Assembly (NCBI GenBank): GCA_037447605.1
Contig: CM074816.1
Location: forward strand, 1,131,873-1,195,872
Source: Zygnema circumcarinatum SAG 698-1b
Lineage: Eukaryota > Plantae > Zygnematophyceae
DNA length: 64,000 bases
Direction of reading: 5' to 3'
Shown one piece after another: positions 1 to 14,251 of this stretch. The stretch's first letter is position 1. Every line of letters begins with the position of its first letter. The translations under genes and the position numbers were made by a program. Under the pieces are notes generated by a model. The model saw only the letters and a list, made by a program, of their open reading frames with translations. It was not told the DNA's origin and ran no database searches.

Positions 1-666
1 AAACCGTTCGTTTGGATGCTCGCACGAAGATGCTCAACCCTAAGTGGTATGAAGGAATGCTTTCCAGCGGATATGAGGGAGTCCGTGAGATTGAGAAGAG
101 GCTGACCAACACCATGGGATGGAGCGCAACTTCCGGCACAGTACGGACCTAACCCTGAACTTCTTAAAGCTCTATAAACCCCAACCTAAAATTTTGATTG
201 GTTTTGAAATGCACATTGCGATGACTGCACTGAGGATGGCGGTTAGTCATGTTCTTTTGATAGCATAGATTATGGCCAGATGTAACTCGCCCTTTTCCGG
301 AAGATTTCTCCTTGGAAAAGAGTGTGAGGTGTATAGAGAGAGAGCGAGGGAGGTATATAGAGAGAGAGAGAGGGAGGTATATGTATAGAGAGAGAGGGGG
401 GATGCGAGCCCATGCTCATTCATTTACATTGGATGTGGCGGCAGGTGGACAACTGGGTGTATGAGGAAGCCAACGCCACATTCATAGAGGACGAGGCCAT
501 GCAGAAGAGGCTTCTGGAAACAAACCCCAACTCCTTCAGGAAGCTCGTTTCCACCTTCCTGGAAGCCAACGGGCGCGGCTACTGGGAGACCTCCGAGGAC
601 AATTTGGACAGGCTCAGGCAGTTGTACCAGGACGTGGAGGACCGCATTGAGGGCATTGAAAACTGA
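1..666 (+). CDS. CHLH: Magnesium chelatase subunit H, last two exons (5'-partial)
   Basis: Exons ~3-140 ([46 protein letters not shown]) and 445-666 ([19 protein letters not shown]...[18 protein letters not shown]) joined by a GT-AG intron; matches the recognised ChlH C-terminus. Confidence 0.96.
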
Positions 667-1677
667 TCTCTTTCTATTCTTCTCCCTCTCTCTTTCTCTC
701 CCTCTCTCTCTCTCTGTCCCCCACTCTCCATTCTTCCCATGCCGCGCGAGAGAGATTCATGACTCCATTGTTTGTCCCTCGGCGGAGATTATTTCTTCCT
801 TGCACCTGAGGTACGCTAAAGGGCAGTTTTGGTAGTACTAGATAAGTTAAGGAAGGTGTATTTAACAGGTAGGAGGTGCCTGTACAGAACTGAACTGGAA
901 CGGAACGGAACAGAGCTAAGAATCACTGGGGAGCCGAATCAGACGGCTGCCTGCCCCTGTGGCACAGGGGCATGTGGTGAATTGTTTCCTTGAGTATGAT
1001 TATAAATCCATTTGATGAATCATCTCATGGCCATGCGCATGGGTTGTGGGTGCTTCTTGGGATGGTATGCCGCTTGCCTCAACGGGTGGACGCATGTACT
1101 TTTGTTGGCTGTACAGCGTGTGTGCTGGGGGGCGATCGAAAAATTGTCCATAAATTCATCGATGAAGGACCAGTTTTTGACATGACCAGTTTTTTTCGGT
1201 CTTGCATTTCATTGTGATGTCGTGCAAGAGGGGAAAGGAGAGGGGATGGATATTTTGGGCCAATTGCTATGCATGTAAATACTGTTAGCTGTAAGGCTCT
1301 CTGATCAGACAGACTGCGAAATGTGTGCGTGGAACTCCTGAACGAAGAGCTGCACCGTTGCTCCTGAACTCTCACTGCTGCGTGAAAGTATACCCTTGAG
1401 ACAGTCGTTGAAACTATCCTCAGCTCTGTCAGCAGTGTTACATCTAACACCCAGTAGAGCGGAGGGCCTCTGCAAGCGTTTGCTTTTATCGTACAGGAAA
1501 AGAATGCTCCTTTTCGCTGCGCGTGATCACATAGGGCACCAACCTTTACTGTGTCAAGAAAATTCGTTTCGGGAAAAACTATCGTCAGTCAGGGTCTTCG
1601 CAAGCACTAACAAACATCCAGAAAGCTCTTTACCGAATGGACGAGGGATCCGTGCGGAAATGGCGCACTGTGGTTTG

Positions 1678-2230
1678 TGTTGAGATCCGTAAAATCAGAC
1701 ATATAGTCGTACGGAACTTTTGTACGGATATAATGTACGGAGACGCACGGACTGAGTCACGCGTGTTGTTTGCTTAACAAATGACGTGACCCTTTGAACG
1801 TATGGTTGATGTTGTTCATCGTGTTATGCTTTTGACGGCTAGGTTTTCGGAAGGACATATATAAGATTACTGTTTTCTGTGTCGTTGTAAACCAGAGCTT
1901 GGAGGGAAAGCATAGGATGCTTGTGCTCCCATTCAACTTTAGAATGAAGCTTTTGGGGATAAGTGTGTTGTGCACTGAACGATTGAGATTGCTAAAAATG
2001 CCTAAGAGAGGAAAATTTTCAAAGGATGAAATTGAAGAAGCTGAGAAAGAAATAGGGCCCAGTTCAACAAGTGGTATCAGAACAGGCGACGATGGCATGG
2101 AGAAACATTCCGTACCATTCTTTGATGGGACAGATTATTCTTTCCTAGAGTCGAAACATGGAGGCGGTGCTCGAAGCGAAAGAGCTGATGGAGTTCGTGG
2201 ATGGCACAGAAGCCACACCAGACAAAAGAC
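1678..2230 (+). mobile_element. Truncated Ty1/copia LTR retrotransposon: 5' LTR (1678-2069), tRNA-iMet PBS (2072-2083), frameshifted gag N-terminus (2097-~2225)
   Basis: The LTR has perfect 6-bp inverted termini TGTTGA...TCAACA and an internal TATATAA at ~1859. It is followed by AG-TGGTATCAGAAC (PBS consensus TGGTATCAGAGC), then MEKHSVPFFDGTDYSF / frameshift / MEAVLEAKELMEFVDGT, which resembles the copia gag start (FDGxNYxxWxxxMxxxL...W..VDG). No pol or 3' LTR was seen. Confidence 0.8.
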
Positions 2231-2608
2231 ACGTGGCAGCGTGTAGGCATGACGTCACGTCACGTCACTTCACGTCATGCAAGGAAGTTTGCAAGGCCCG
2301 CCGCCACATGAGGCGTGGTCACGTCAGCGATGACCTCGAGAGGAGGTGTGCGGCCAATGGGGGGGCAACCAACACACTGACTTGGAATTGATTTCATGCG
2401 CATGCAGCATTGTGCAGAGCCCATGCGAACAAGAAAGTAAATGGCATTGAACTCACGATGGCGAGGCCATCAAATGAACATGGACAGCATCAACATGGGG
2501 TAAAACAAGAACGTCCAAAAAATGAAAAAGCGAGTCGAGCCGACAGAAAGCAAGCGAAGCCAATTCTTAAGGAGAGACCTCGGGCCAATTATGATGAATG
2601 GGAGACGT

Positions 2609-2662
2609 CCAATGGCTACCCGCCACGTGTACAATTCTACCCACGTGGCGAGTAGCCATTGG
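2609..2662. promoter_or_regulatory. Inverted pair of CCAAT-N9-CCACG elements upstream of the SCCPDH-like gene
   Basis: CCAAT ggctacccg CCACG N16 CGTGG cgagtagcc ATTGG, ending ~120 bp before ATG 2781. Confidence 0.6.
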
Positions 2663-2780
2663 TGCTCCTGCCGACTGTTGCCAAACGCGGGAGGTGCCTC
2701 TCGGGGCGCCCGCCCAGCTTGGCCGAGGCCCCAGAGTTGCCACGTGGCGCACGGCGAGCGCGCCACGTGTCCTGACAGCC

Positions 2781-4679
2781 ATGGCGGCAGGGGGCACGGA
2801 CGCGGTGATATTCGGCGCCACGGGCTTCACGGGGCGGCGCGTGCTGCACGCGTGGCTGCAGGCGGGGGGGGCAGGTGGGGAAATTTTTGGAGTTCAGGCA
2901 ATCTCGGGGTGCCATGGAAGCACTGAAGCTTTTTTTTGGAACGTTTTATTGTTTTTTGCCTGTCGATAAACTACTGTATTGATCATAGTGAGCCTTCTCC
3001 TTTACATCTTTCAACCTTAAAAAGAACCGAACCTTAATCTAAAGCCGTATTTCGAGACCTCCCCGGAGCCCTCAGGTTCTGAAGATTAGGGTTTCCATGC
3101 GCGCGCAGAAGGGAGCTGGAGTGTGGCCATAGCGGGCCGCAGCCGCAGCCGGCTCGAGGACGTCCTCCAATGGGCGGGTGCCACGGAGGACGAGGTGCCC
3201 GTCATCATTGCAGACGTGGACAGCCGCCAATCGCTGGACGACATGTGTCGCCGCACCAAGGTGGTGCTCAACTGCGTGGGACCCTTCAGGTGGGAGCTGC
3301 TCTGGCCATTCAGGGATGGAGAAAAGGAGGGAGAGAAGGGAGGGAGAGAAGGGAGGGAGAGAGGGAGGAGGTAGGGAGGAGAGAGGGAGGAGGGAGGGAA
3401 GGGAGGGAGAGAAGGAGGAGGTAGGGAGGGAGAGAGGGAGGAGGTAGGGAGGGAGAGAGGTAGGAGGGAGGGAAGGGAGGGAGAGAGGGAGGAGGAGAGG
3501 GAGGAAGGGAGGGAGAGAGGAGGGAGGTAGGGAGGGAGAGAGGGAGGGAGGCAGAGTGAGGGCAAGAGAGGAGAGAGAGAGGGGAGGGAAGAAGGGGACG
3601 GAGAAAAGGAGGTTCTGGGGGAGGGAGGGGCAGGGAGGTGGATTGGGTAGGGAAAGGAAGATGGACAGGGTAGAGAGGATAGTGAGGGGGAGGAGTGAGA
3701 AGCACTGATAGTGAAAGAGACTAGGGAGGCAGTGAGTCTGTGAGAGAGGGAGAGCGAGAGAGATAGAGAGAGTGAGGGGGAGAAAGAGAGAGAAGCAATG
3801 GACATTATCATTTCTGCCAAACATGTATCTTATCGTTAACGGAATAATTTTTTCATGGATATAGGAAGTACGGCGAGCCTGTTGTTGCGGCGTGTGTGCA
3901 AGCGGGAGTGGACTATTTGGATGTGTGTGGAGAGCCGGAATTTATGGAGCGAATGGAATCGCTGTATTCCGACGCAGCGGAGCAAAATGGAGCTCTCATT
4001 TCGTCAGCTTGTGGCTTTGACTCAGTGCCGGCAGACCTCGGGGTTATCCATGCAGTGCGTGAAATTCCAACCCTAAACTGAAGGCATGGAAATGCAAACC
4101 TTGCAGTTCTGGTTATTCACTTTGAGAGCTATTCGAGGACAAAACTGTCCTCAGATAGCTTTGGGAGCAAGTTTGAATCATGGGCACAATTGGAAAGACT
4201 CCAGTTCAATTATTTTTGCCTGCAACCAAACATTCAGACGGGCTCAGTTTCATTCAACCATTCACTTGAAACTGCGAAAATCTGTACATGTTAGGAAACT
4301 CTAATCCTAAACTGTGACTAATGTAACTACTGTAACTAATGTAACTAATGTAACTAATGAAGGCATATGGAACCGTTGAAGGCAGTGAACCAGTTTTCAG
4401 CAATCGCTGATGATAGAAGATGTCTCCCTCCATGCCTCCCTTCTCCTCTTTTGAGTTAATTTATTATCTGTTTTTTTTACCTTCTATCAAATGAGCAGGC
4501 CAGTCAGTTCACGCCACCTGGCGCTCCGAGCACAGTGGAATCCTTCCTAACGATAAAGGCGGCCAATGGGATGAGAGCAAATTATGCCACGTGGGAGTCC
4601 CTAGTGGAAGGGCTGGGAAGCGCAGCCAACTTAAGGTAAGGACCACTCTCTCTCTTTCCCTCTCTCTTTCTTTCTCTCG

Positions 4680-4710
<31 letters not shown>

Positions 4711-6322
4711 CCCTGCCCTTTTCCCTCCGATCACTCTCTCCTTTGCGCTCTCTCGCTTCTCATGCCTTCTCACTTTTGCATTCTGTGCCCTCTCACGATC
4801 TCTCTCTCTCAATTATATTTGAGATATAAGAAACTTGAAATTGAGTGGGAGAGTGAGGACAGAGAGGAGAAGAGGGGGAAGAGGTTTGGCCCCATGAGAG
4901 TTACTTTCTGAATTCTGTTGCTTGCTTCATTCGTTATTTCGCACTTTGCATTGTAAAACCCCTAAGCGCCCTTAAACCCTAATTTATTCTGAATTCTAAC
5001 AGTATGAAAGCATCTAAGTTAAGCATCTTCAAACCCTAATTTTTGTCTTTGTCCAGGAAGGCGCGTGGAAGTCGCCCAAAACGACAACCTCTCCCAATTC
5101 CTGGGCAGCCCCTAAAAAGAAAAGAAGGGCCGTACTTTGAAAAAAGAACAAAAACTTTTTGTTTGCCCTTTCCCGGTGCCGATGCTTCCGTAGTTCGCAG
5201 AACAATGCAAAAACTGTCTGTTCAAGGGAGCTCCGGGCAGGAGGGAAATTTGTCCGCGGGCAGTTTTGGGGGAGAAGGAAAATTTCCAGTCCTGCCCGTG
5301 CACTATGCGGCGTACATGACTGTGCCGTCCCGTTGGAGTCTTTTTCTGCTCTCAATTTTCGGCGGAATTTTAAAGCTTTTAGCCCCTTTTAAATGGGGTC
5401 GTAGGCTACTGTTGAAATATCCCGAATTCTTCACGTATGGAATTTTCTCAAGAAAAGGTGACAGAAGCCCAGCTTGGGATTTTTCTGAATGACTTTTTGA
5501 AAGCACCTTCATAAAGTCAAATTCAACCTTAATGAAGTCAAAATCAACCTTAATAGAGTCGCATCTCTCCCCCAACCTCTTCCCTCACTCCCCCTTTCTC
5601 GAAAAAACAATGAACCGACTTTCTGTGTTCCATGTTACGACCATGGTTTGGGTTTTCCGTAAACTCACTTTCAGGTCCTACAAAGGAGCAGATGATGGGA
5701 ACCTCCTTTTCCTTCCTTTTCATTGCTCGTGGGTTTACTGACGTCAGCAATTCTGGCAGTAATCTGCCGGACCGCGAGGTTACCACACTTGTCACCGGTC
5801 CTGTAAGTTCCCCCCCTTCAATTTTTATTTTTTTTATGTTTAACAGTCCTGCCCTGTTTCAGTTTTTGCTGCCCAGTGCGATTGTCCGTTTCTTCCTTTT
5901 GTGGGGGAGGGAATGGTTGGAACCTCTCTCTATTCCCGAACTCACAACCCGATAACTGTTCTATGCTGTTTAGTTTCAGTATATCTTCAAAATGCGGGAG
6001 GCAATGACTTGGGTCATGATAAACGATGTATGATGTTTGTGATGATGTCATGATGTATGATGAATGCTGTGTGATGATGTCATGATGTATGATGTGTGGT
6101 GACATCGGTGACATACTTCCCCGGATGATGTCGCAGGAGCCCGGGTATGTCGCCACGCCCATCATCATCGTGCAGTGCGCCTTGGTGCTGTTGAGGGAGA
6201 GGGCGCGTCTCCCCAAGGGAGGGGTCTGCACGCCGGGGGCGCTGTTTGCTGCAACGGACCTGTGCGAACGGCTGCATAGAAACGGGATCTCATTTAACGT
6301 CGTCACTGAGACGGCGCTGTAA
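2781..6322 (+). CDS. Saccharopine dehydrogenase-like oxidoreductase (SCCPDH family), 7 exons
   Basis: Exons 2781-2874, 3109-3289, 3865-4054, 4499-4635, 5057-5457, 5675-5802 and 6137-6322 splice in frame. Motifs: VIFGATGFTG (Rossmann fold), AIAGRS, VVLNCVGPFR, YGEPVV, YLDVCGEPEFME, SACGFDSVPADLG, GPEPGYVATPIIIVQCA, GGVCTPG. Confidence 0.92.
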
Positions 6323-7235
6323 AGATGCGAGAGGAAGGGGGGGAGAACCTACTTCTGTATGTTGGGGGGGGCAAGTGATGCAGGCGATGTGTGATGTGCG
6401 GAATTCGATATGTGCAATAGCAGGCGGCAGACGAGGGTGGCGGAGCTTTCAGGTTTTGGGTCATTTTCGTTTTTTTTAATTCGCTTCCTTTTTTGAAGTA
6501 TTGGAACTTCTGAATTTTGGCGCTATGGAGGTTTGAAGCGTTTCAGGTCTTTGCTTTCCTGTTGCCGTCTGCGTGACGGAGTGTACAGGGGTGAACTTTT
6601 TAAAGAGGAGGGCAAATTCCAAAACTGCGGAGGCTTTTTTATGGATTTTTTTTCGGTGTTGAGCACTCTCCTTAATAGTTTGCTTGATCAACTTTTTATG
6701 TGAGAAGGAGAGCAATGTGCTGCGCTCTTTTTCTCACTGCACGGCCATCAGCCGTGACGAGTGTCACACGATGTGACGTCACCCACAACTCGACTGTTGG
6801 GTTTGCGTGTTTGAGTTTGATGACGAAAACTGCAAAGAAGGAACCATGCTAAAAAAGAAATGGGAATCCAACATGTTGATAAGTCGACACCATCACTTCG
6901 TCGAGAAAATGAAAACAAATTGTAAGGTCTAAAATAATAAAAGAAATGCACCAAATGTGCAATTTCAGTCGACTCAATTCGAAGTTGTTTAAAAATGAGC
7001 ACCGCTAACTCTAAACCTAAAACTGAGGAATATGAACTATACACTGTACAGCCTACGGTTACGGCGCACATGGAACACCGCTCTACAGAGTCCCTACAGG
7101 ACAACAGCATGTAGCCCTTCCGTACACGCCCCATTTGCACCACATAAAAACTTTAAGTCAAAATTGATGAAACCACGAGGATGCGAGCCCTACAACCCTA
7201 AAACCCTGAAGCCTTAAACCCCTAAACCCCAGGGC

Positions 7236-10526
<3,291 letters not shown>

Positions 10527-10944
10527 GCGGGTGGGGACTGTTGGACACTGTTCCGCCTTCAGTTGGGAAAATGAAACTGAGAGTGGAAAAAGTGTATTTC
10601 CATGGCATGGTGTGAACACAAGAAGCAATTGTAAGTTGAGGGAACCATGATTAAAATTAGTACGATTCACATTTTTAAGGCACGGCAACACCTCTTTCCT
10701 CTATTCAGGAAAAAAATTCAACCCAGCTCAAGAAAAAGAATCAAAATTAGCAAAGGGTTTCGAACTCAAGAAAAGAATTTTCATTGAAAAAGATGAAGGA
10801 TGAGGGAACATTCCAAACGGTCTAAAGCGGCTGGGTGGCACCCCAAACAAGGCCCAGAACAAGAAAAATCCGGCTGCAAGCCCTTCTCCAAAAAAAGAGC
10901 TGAAAAAGGACAAATGCAGCACTAAGCCCTGAAAGCTAATTCAC

Positions 10945-11350
10945 TTTCCCTCTCCCTCTTCCCCCTCCCCCTCCCCCTCCGCCCCTTCCCCCTCCCCCCT
11001 TCCCCCTTCCCCCTCCCCCTTCCCCCTCCCCTCCTCCCCCTCCCCCCTCCCCCCTTCCCCCTCCCCTCCTCCCCCCTTCCCCCTCCCCCTTCCCCCTTCC
11101 TCCCTCCCTCCTCCCTCCCTCCTCCCCCCCTCCCCCTCCCCCTCCCCCTTCCACCCTCCCCCCTCCCCCTTCCACCCTCCCCCCTCCCCCTCCCCCCTTC
11201 CCCCTCCCCCCCTCCCCCTCCGCCCCTTCCCCCTCCCCCTTCCCCCTTCCCCCTCCCCTCCTCCCCCTCCCCCACATCCCCTCCCCCTCCCTCTCCCGCT
11301 CCCTCTCCCTCTCCCACTCCCTCTCCCACACTTTCCTCCTCCCCTCTCCC
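10945..11350 (+). repeat. Near-pure pyrimidine (CCCCT)n-like tract upstream of the invertase gene
   Basis: Almost only C and T over ~400 bp. Confidence 0.9.
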
Positions 11351-12272
11351 TCTTTCCCACCCAATACACACCTGCTTTCCTCACACCGAGCCCGCCTCGT
11401 ATGCCTCCCCTCCGCGTTAACCCTTGCTCCCAGCGCAGCCCCGACCAGCGTCCGCTCACCTTCCCGCCCTCCCGCCCCTTGGACGGCCGCGCACAACAAA
11501 CAAACAGTTTGCCGTACGCTTCAGTCACCTTTGCCACCGATAATGTACAGCATGTCGGTGCCGTACACTGAATCCATACATACAGTATATCAGGCAGCGG
11601 AGGGTCCCGATCTCCATTATATGTACGGTTACAGTTGTTTTGTACAGTACGGTCATGTTAAAATCCCGCCAATGTCCGTCCGTACATTCAGATGTTCGGG
11701 ACTCGACATGGTCGAATGCGCGCGCGGAACGAGGGATGACGTGGCATGGGTCGCATGGGAGCATGGCCATGGCCACGCCGACACATGGGCATGGAACAAA
11801 CGCACCACGAGCAGTAGTTGGACCTAGCGGTCAGTTCACAGTGCAGTTCAGCTTCCCTTCGGCCTCACCTCCTTTGTGACGCGTTGGTTCCTCGTGGTTC
11901 CCCATGTCGCTCATGTCCATGCCCATGTGATGGCATCGCCATCCATGCGTGAGTTCCACGCCCGCCCATTCATGTCCCTCGCAAGCCCACGCCAGCCCGT
12001 CGAGGGCGAACGAGGTCCCCCTTTGGAGGGTCCGAGGGCGAGGGCGGCCGCGGTTGAGGCGTGCTATCAGGGCGCGTGGTGCCGACGTGGATGCCACGTT
12101 GCGTTCTCAGAAACGCGCCGAGGAGAGGATTTTTATTGAGCCACAAAAAAAAAAAAAACGCTATGTGATCCAATCGCGCGGTGCCACGTGGCAGTGCATA
12201 AGTGTCGGTGCCAGGCTTGACAGCCGATAATTAACAAATAAATAATTTAAAAAATTCCATTAAGTCATGTCT

Positions 12273-12343
12273 GTACCAGTGGTCTAGTGGTAGAATAGCA
12301 CCCTGCCACGGTGCAGACCCGGGTTCGATTCCCGGCTGGTACA
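12273..12343 (+). tRNA. tRNA-Gly (anticodon GCC)
   Basis: GTACCAG-TGGTCTAGTGGTAGAATAGCACCCTGCCACGGTGCAGACCCGGGTTCGATTCCCGG-CTGGTAC-A folds as a cloverleaf with A box and B box (GGTTCGATTCC). It has an AT-rich upstream flank and a T run ~35 nt downstream. Confidence 0.95.
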
Positions 12344-12843
12344 CAGGGGGGGTGGCAACGTCCCGCATAGACATTATTTTTTTTCTTCTGCAAAAATATT
12401 TTTTACTTTGTCATATACAGCCCTGCATGCTCGCCTGGGGTGTCCCCTCGTGCGTAAGGTCATGCCATTGCGAGACGTGAAGGCCAACGTATGATTTCTC
12501 TTCAGCACCTCGGGTTTACGGTCAATTCGGTTCGTTTCTGCTTTACTCTTTCCACTTGGGACTTTCTGAAATTTCTTTGGGGTTGTGCAGTCTGTCTGAA
12601 ATGTTAAGGTCCACGAGGTTCCCTTCAGGGTTTCAGATTCCCGAAATGGATTTTTTTTTGGGGGGTTATCAAAACCGAGACGGGTCCATCAAAACAACTA
12701 AGGCACAAATCCGGTTCAAAAAATTGCCCCAATGTTCCACCTTCACATAAAACCCTTCAACCGACTTTTTCCCAAACATTCATGGTGGCACAAAGAACGA
12801 GATGACGAAGATGAGTTCGAACAAAGTGATGAAGGTCGTAAGC

Positions 12844-14058
12844 TCATGTTTTTCCACCCAACGACTTAATAAACTGGATGGACTGACTAACGGGTGACCT
12901 AACCGCCATGGCTTGATACATGAGCCCCTCCAACTGCGCAGCGGACGGTCTCGCCGTTAACTTCGCAACACATAGAACCTCCTCACCGACATTCCTAAGC
13001 ACCAACCATGGCGTTTCGCTGGGACTCCCCTCCTTCACATATTTGAAAAGGGCACCTTCAAAATTAAAAACTAGCATCACTTTAATGGCGAGAGGGCAAA
13101 ACGAATAACACACTTCAAATGAATTTATAAAGACATTGGTTGCAGGCGACGTCGGAGGGTCCTCGGTCTCCGGAGTTCGCTGCAGTGAATGCCAGTCAGG
13201 GTTCAGCACCACCACAGGCCTTAAACCCGCCTTACTCACAAACTTCTCCATTTCTCCAACTTGAGATTTTTTCGGAGCCACCACAAAAAAGAGGCCAACT
13301 TTCTCCGAGACCTTCTTCACTCCCTCCAGAGTCCCTACAATGCAGTTCTGCAACTTCCCGGAAGCTTCCGAGGCCAGACCCTTATCGCTGCTGCTGCTGC
13401 TACATGCAAGCTCTGCCGCTGCGGAATCCGCAAAATAAACTCCAAAATTTGAAGAATTCATTCCAGAAAATTGCACATTGTGCAGTAAATCACTCACTAG
13501 CTGCACTGCTCCTGCGGGCGAGTCATCTGAAACGGAGAGCTCCAGCATTACTCTCCGAATTACCTTCCCTCTGCCCTTCTTTCCGATTCCTCCGATCACA
13601 TTTGACAAAGCGAACTGCGCCTGCTTTATAGCTTCCTCTCTGCTGCTCGGTAAAGGGTAATCGGAAACCTTAATTTCAGCATCACTGATGATAGAAGGCT
13701 CATCTTTACCTTCACCTGCGGCTTCAGCAAGCGCCCTGCATGACAGCTGTTTTCCATTATCTGCAACCCTAAAATACAGCTGCCGACGCTGCCGCTGCAA
13801 ACAAAAGATATTTCGTCCAACTAAAGACTGAATCTTTCTGTCAACGTCGAGGACCTCCTTTTGAAGATATCTCCCTCTGCACGAGACACCTTTAGCAGCA
13901 GGAGGTCGAAAGGCAGGCGAGATGGAAGAAGGCAGCCATGGATTAGGGTTAAGGTTACGGTGTGAGTTAAAGCGAAGAATATGATGACCTTTACTTGCCC
14001 TCCCGCAGTGCAGCCCGGCTCCCTCCATGGCGCCCTTTAGGGCAGGCACGGCAGCCAT
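12844..14058 (-). CDS. Intronless chloroplast-targeted DUF1995-like protein
   Basis: An uninterrupted ~404-aa ORF from ATG 14058 with a transit-peptide-like N-terminus. Segments YPLPSSREEAIKQA, RPVVVLNPDW, FINSFEVCYSF and RPSAAQLE resemble plant DUF1995 (LPA3-related) proteins. The family call is from memory, not from a search. Confidence 0.7.
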   Translation of the reverse strand: MAAVPALKGAMEGAGLHCGRASKGHHILRFNSHRNLNPNPWLPSSISPAFRPPAAKGVSCRGRYLQKEVLDVDRKIQSLVGRNIFCLQRQRRQLYFRVADNGKQLSCRALAEAAGEGKDEPSIISDAEIKVSDYPLPSSREEAIKQAQFALSNVIGGIGKKGRGKVIRRVMLELSVSDDSPAGAVQLVSDLLHNVQFSGMNSSNFGVYFADSAAAELACSSSSSDKGLASEASGKLQNCIVGTLEGVKKVSEKVGLFFVVAPKKSQVGEMEKFVSKAGLRPVVVLNPDWHSLQRTPETEDPPTSPATNVFINSFEVCYSFCPLAIKVMLVFNFEGALFKYVKEGSPSETPWLVLRNVGEEVLCVAKLTARPSAAQLEGLMYQAMAVRSPVSQSIQFIKSLGGKT

Positions 14059-14251
14059 GGATAGAACAAGCAATTGAAAGGACGCTGTTGCCCCCCTGTT
14101 CCATGAGACAGTTCCGCGTCCATATCCGTATGGTGTACGACTGCCAGCGCCGTACACTGTTGCCGGCCGTCAGCCTGCCGGCCGGTTGACCGTCGGGAGT
14201 TCTGCCTGCCGGCCGCCCTCCCGCCGGCCATCCATTTCAGAAACCCTAAAA

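Noticed and set aside
990-1650. Possible reverse-transcriptase relic (minus-frame HEMIHQMDL, similar to copia IHQMDV)
   Set aside because: Only about 5 residues match, the flanking RT motifs are absent and the orientation is opposite to the adjacent LTR; an HMM search would be needed.
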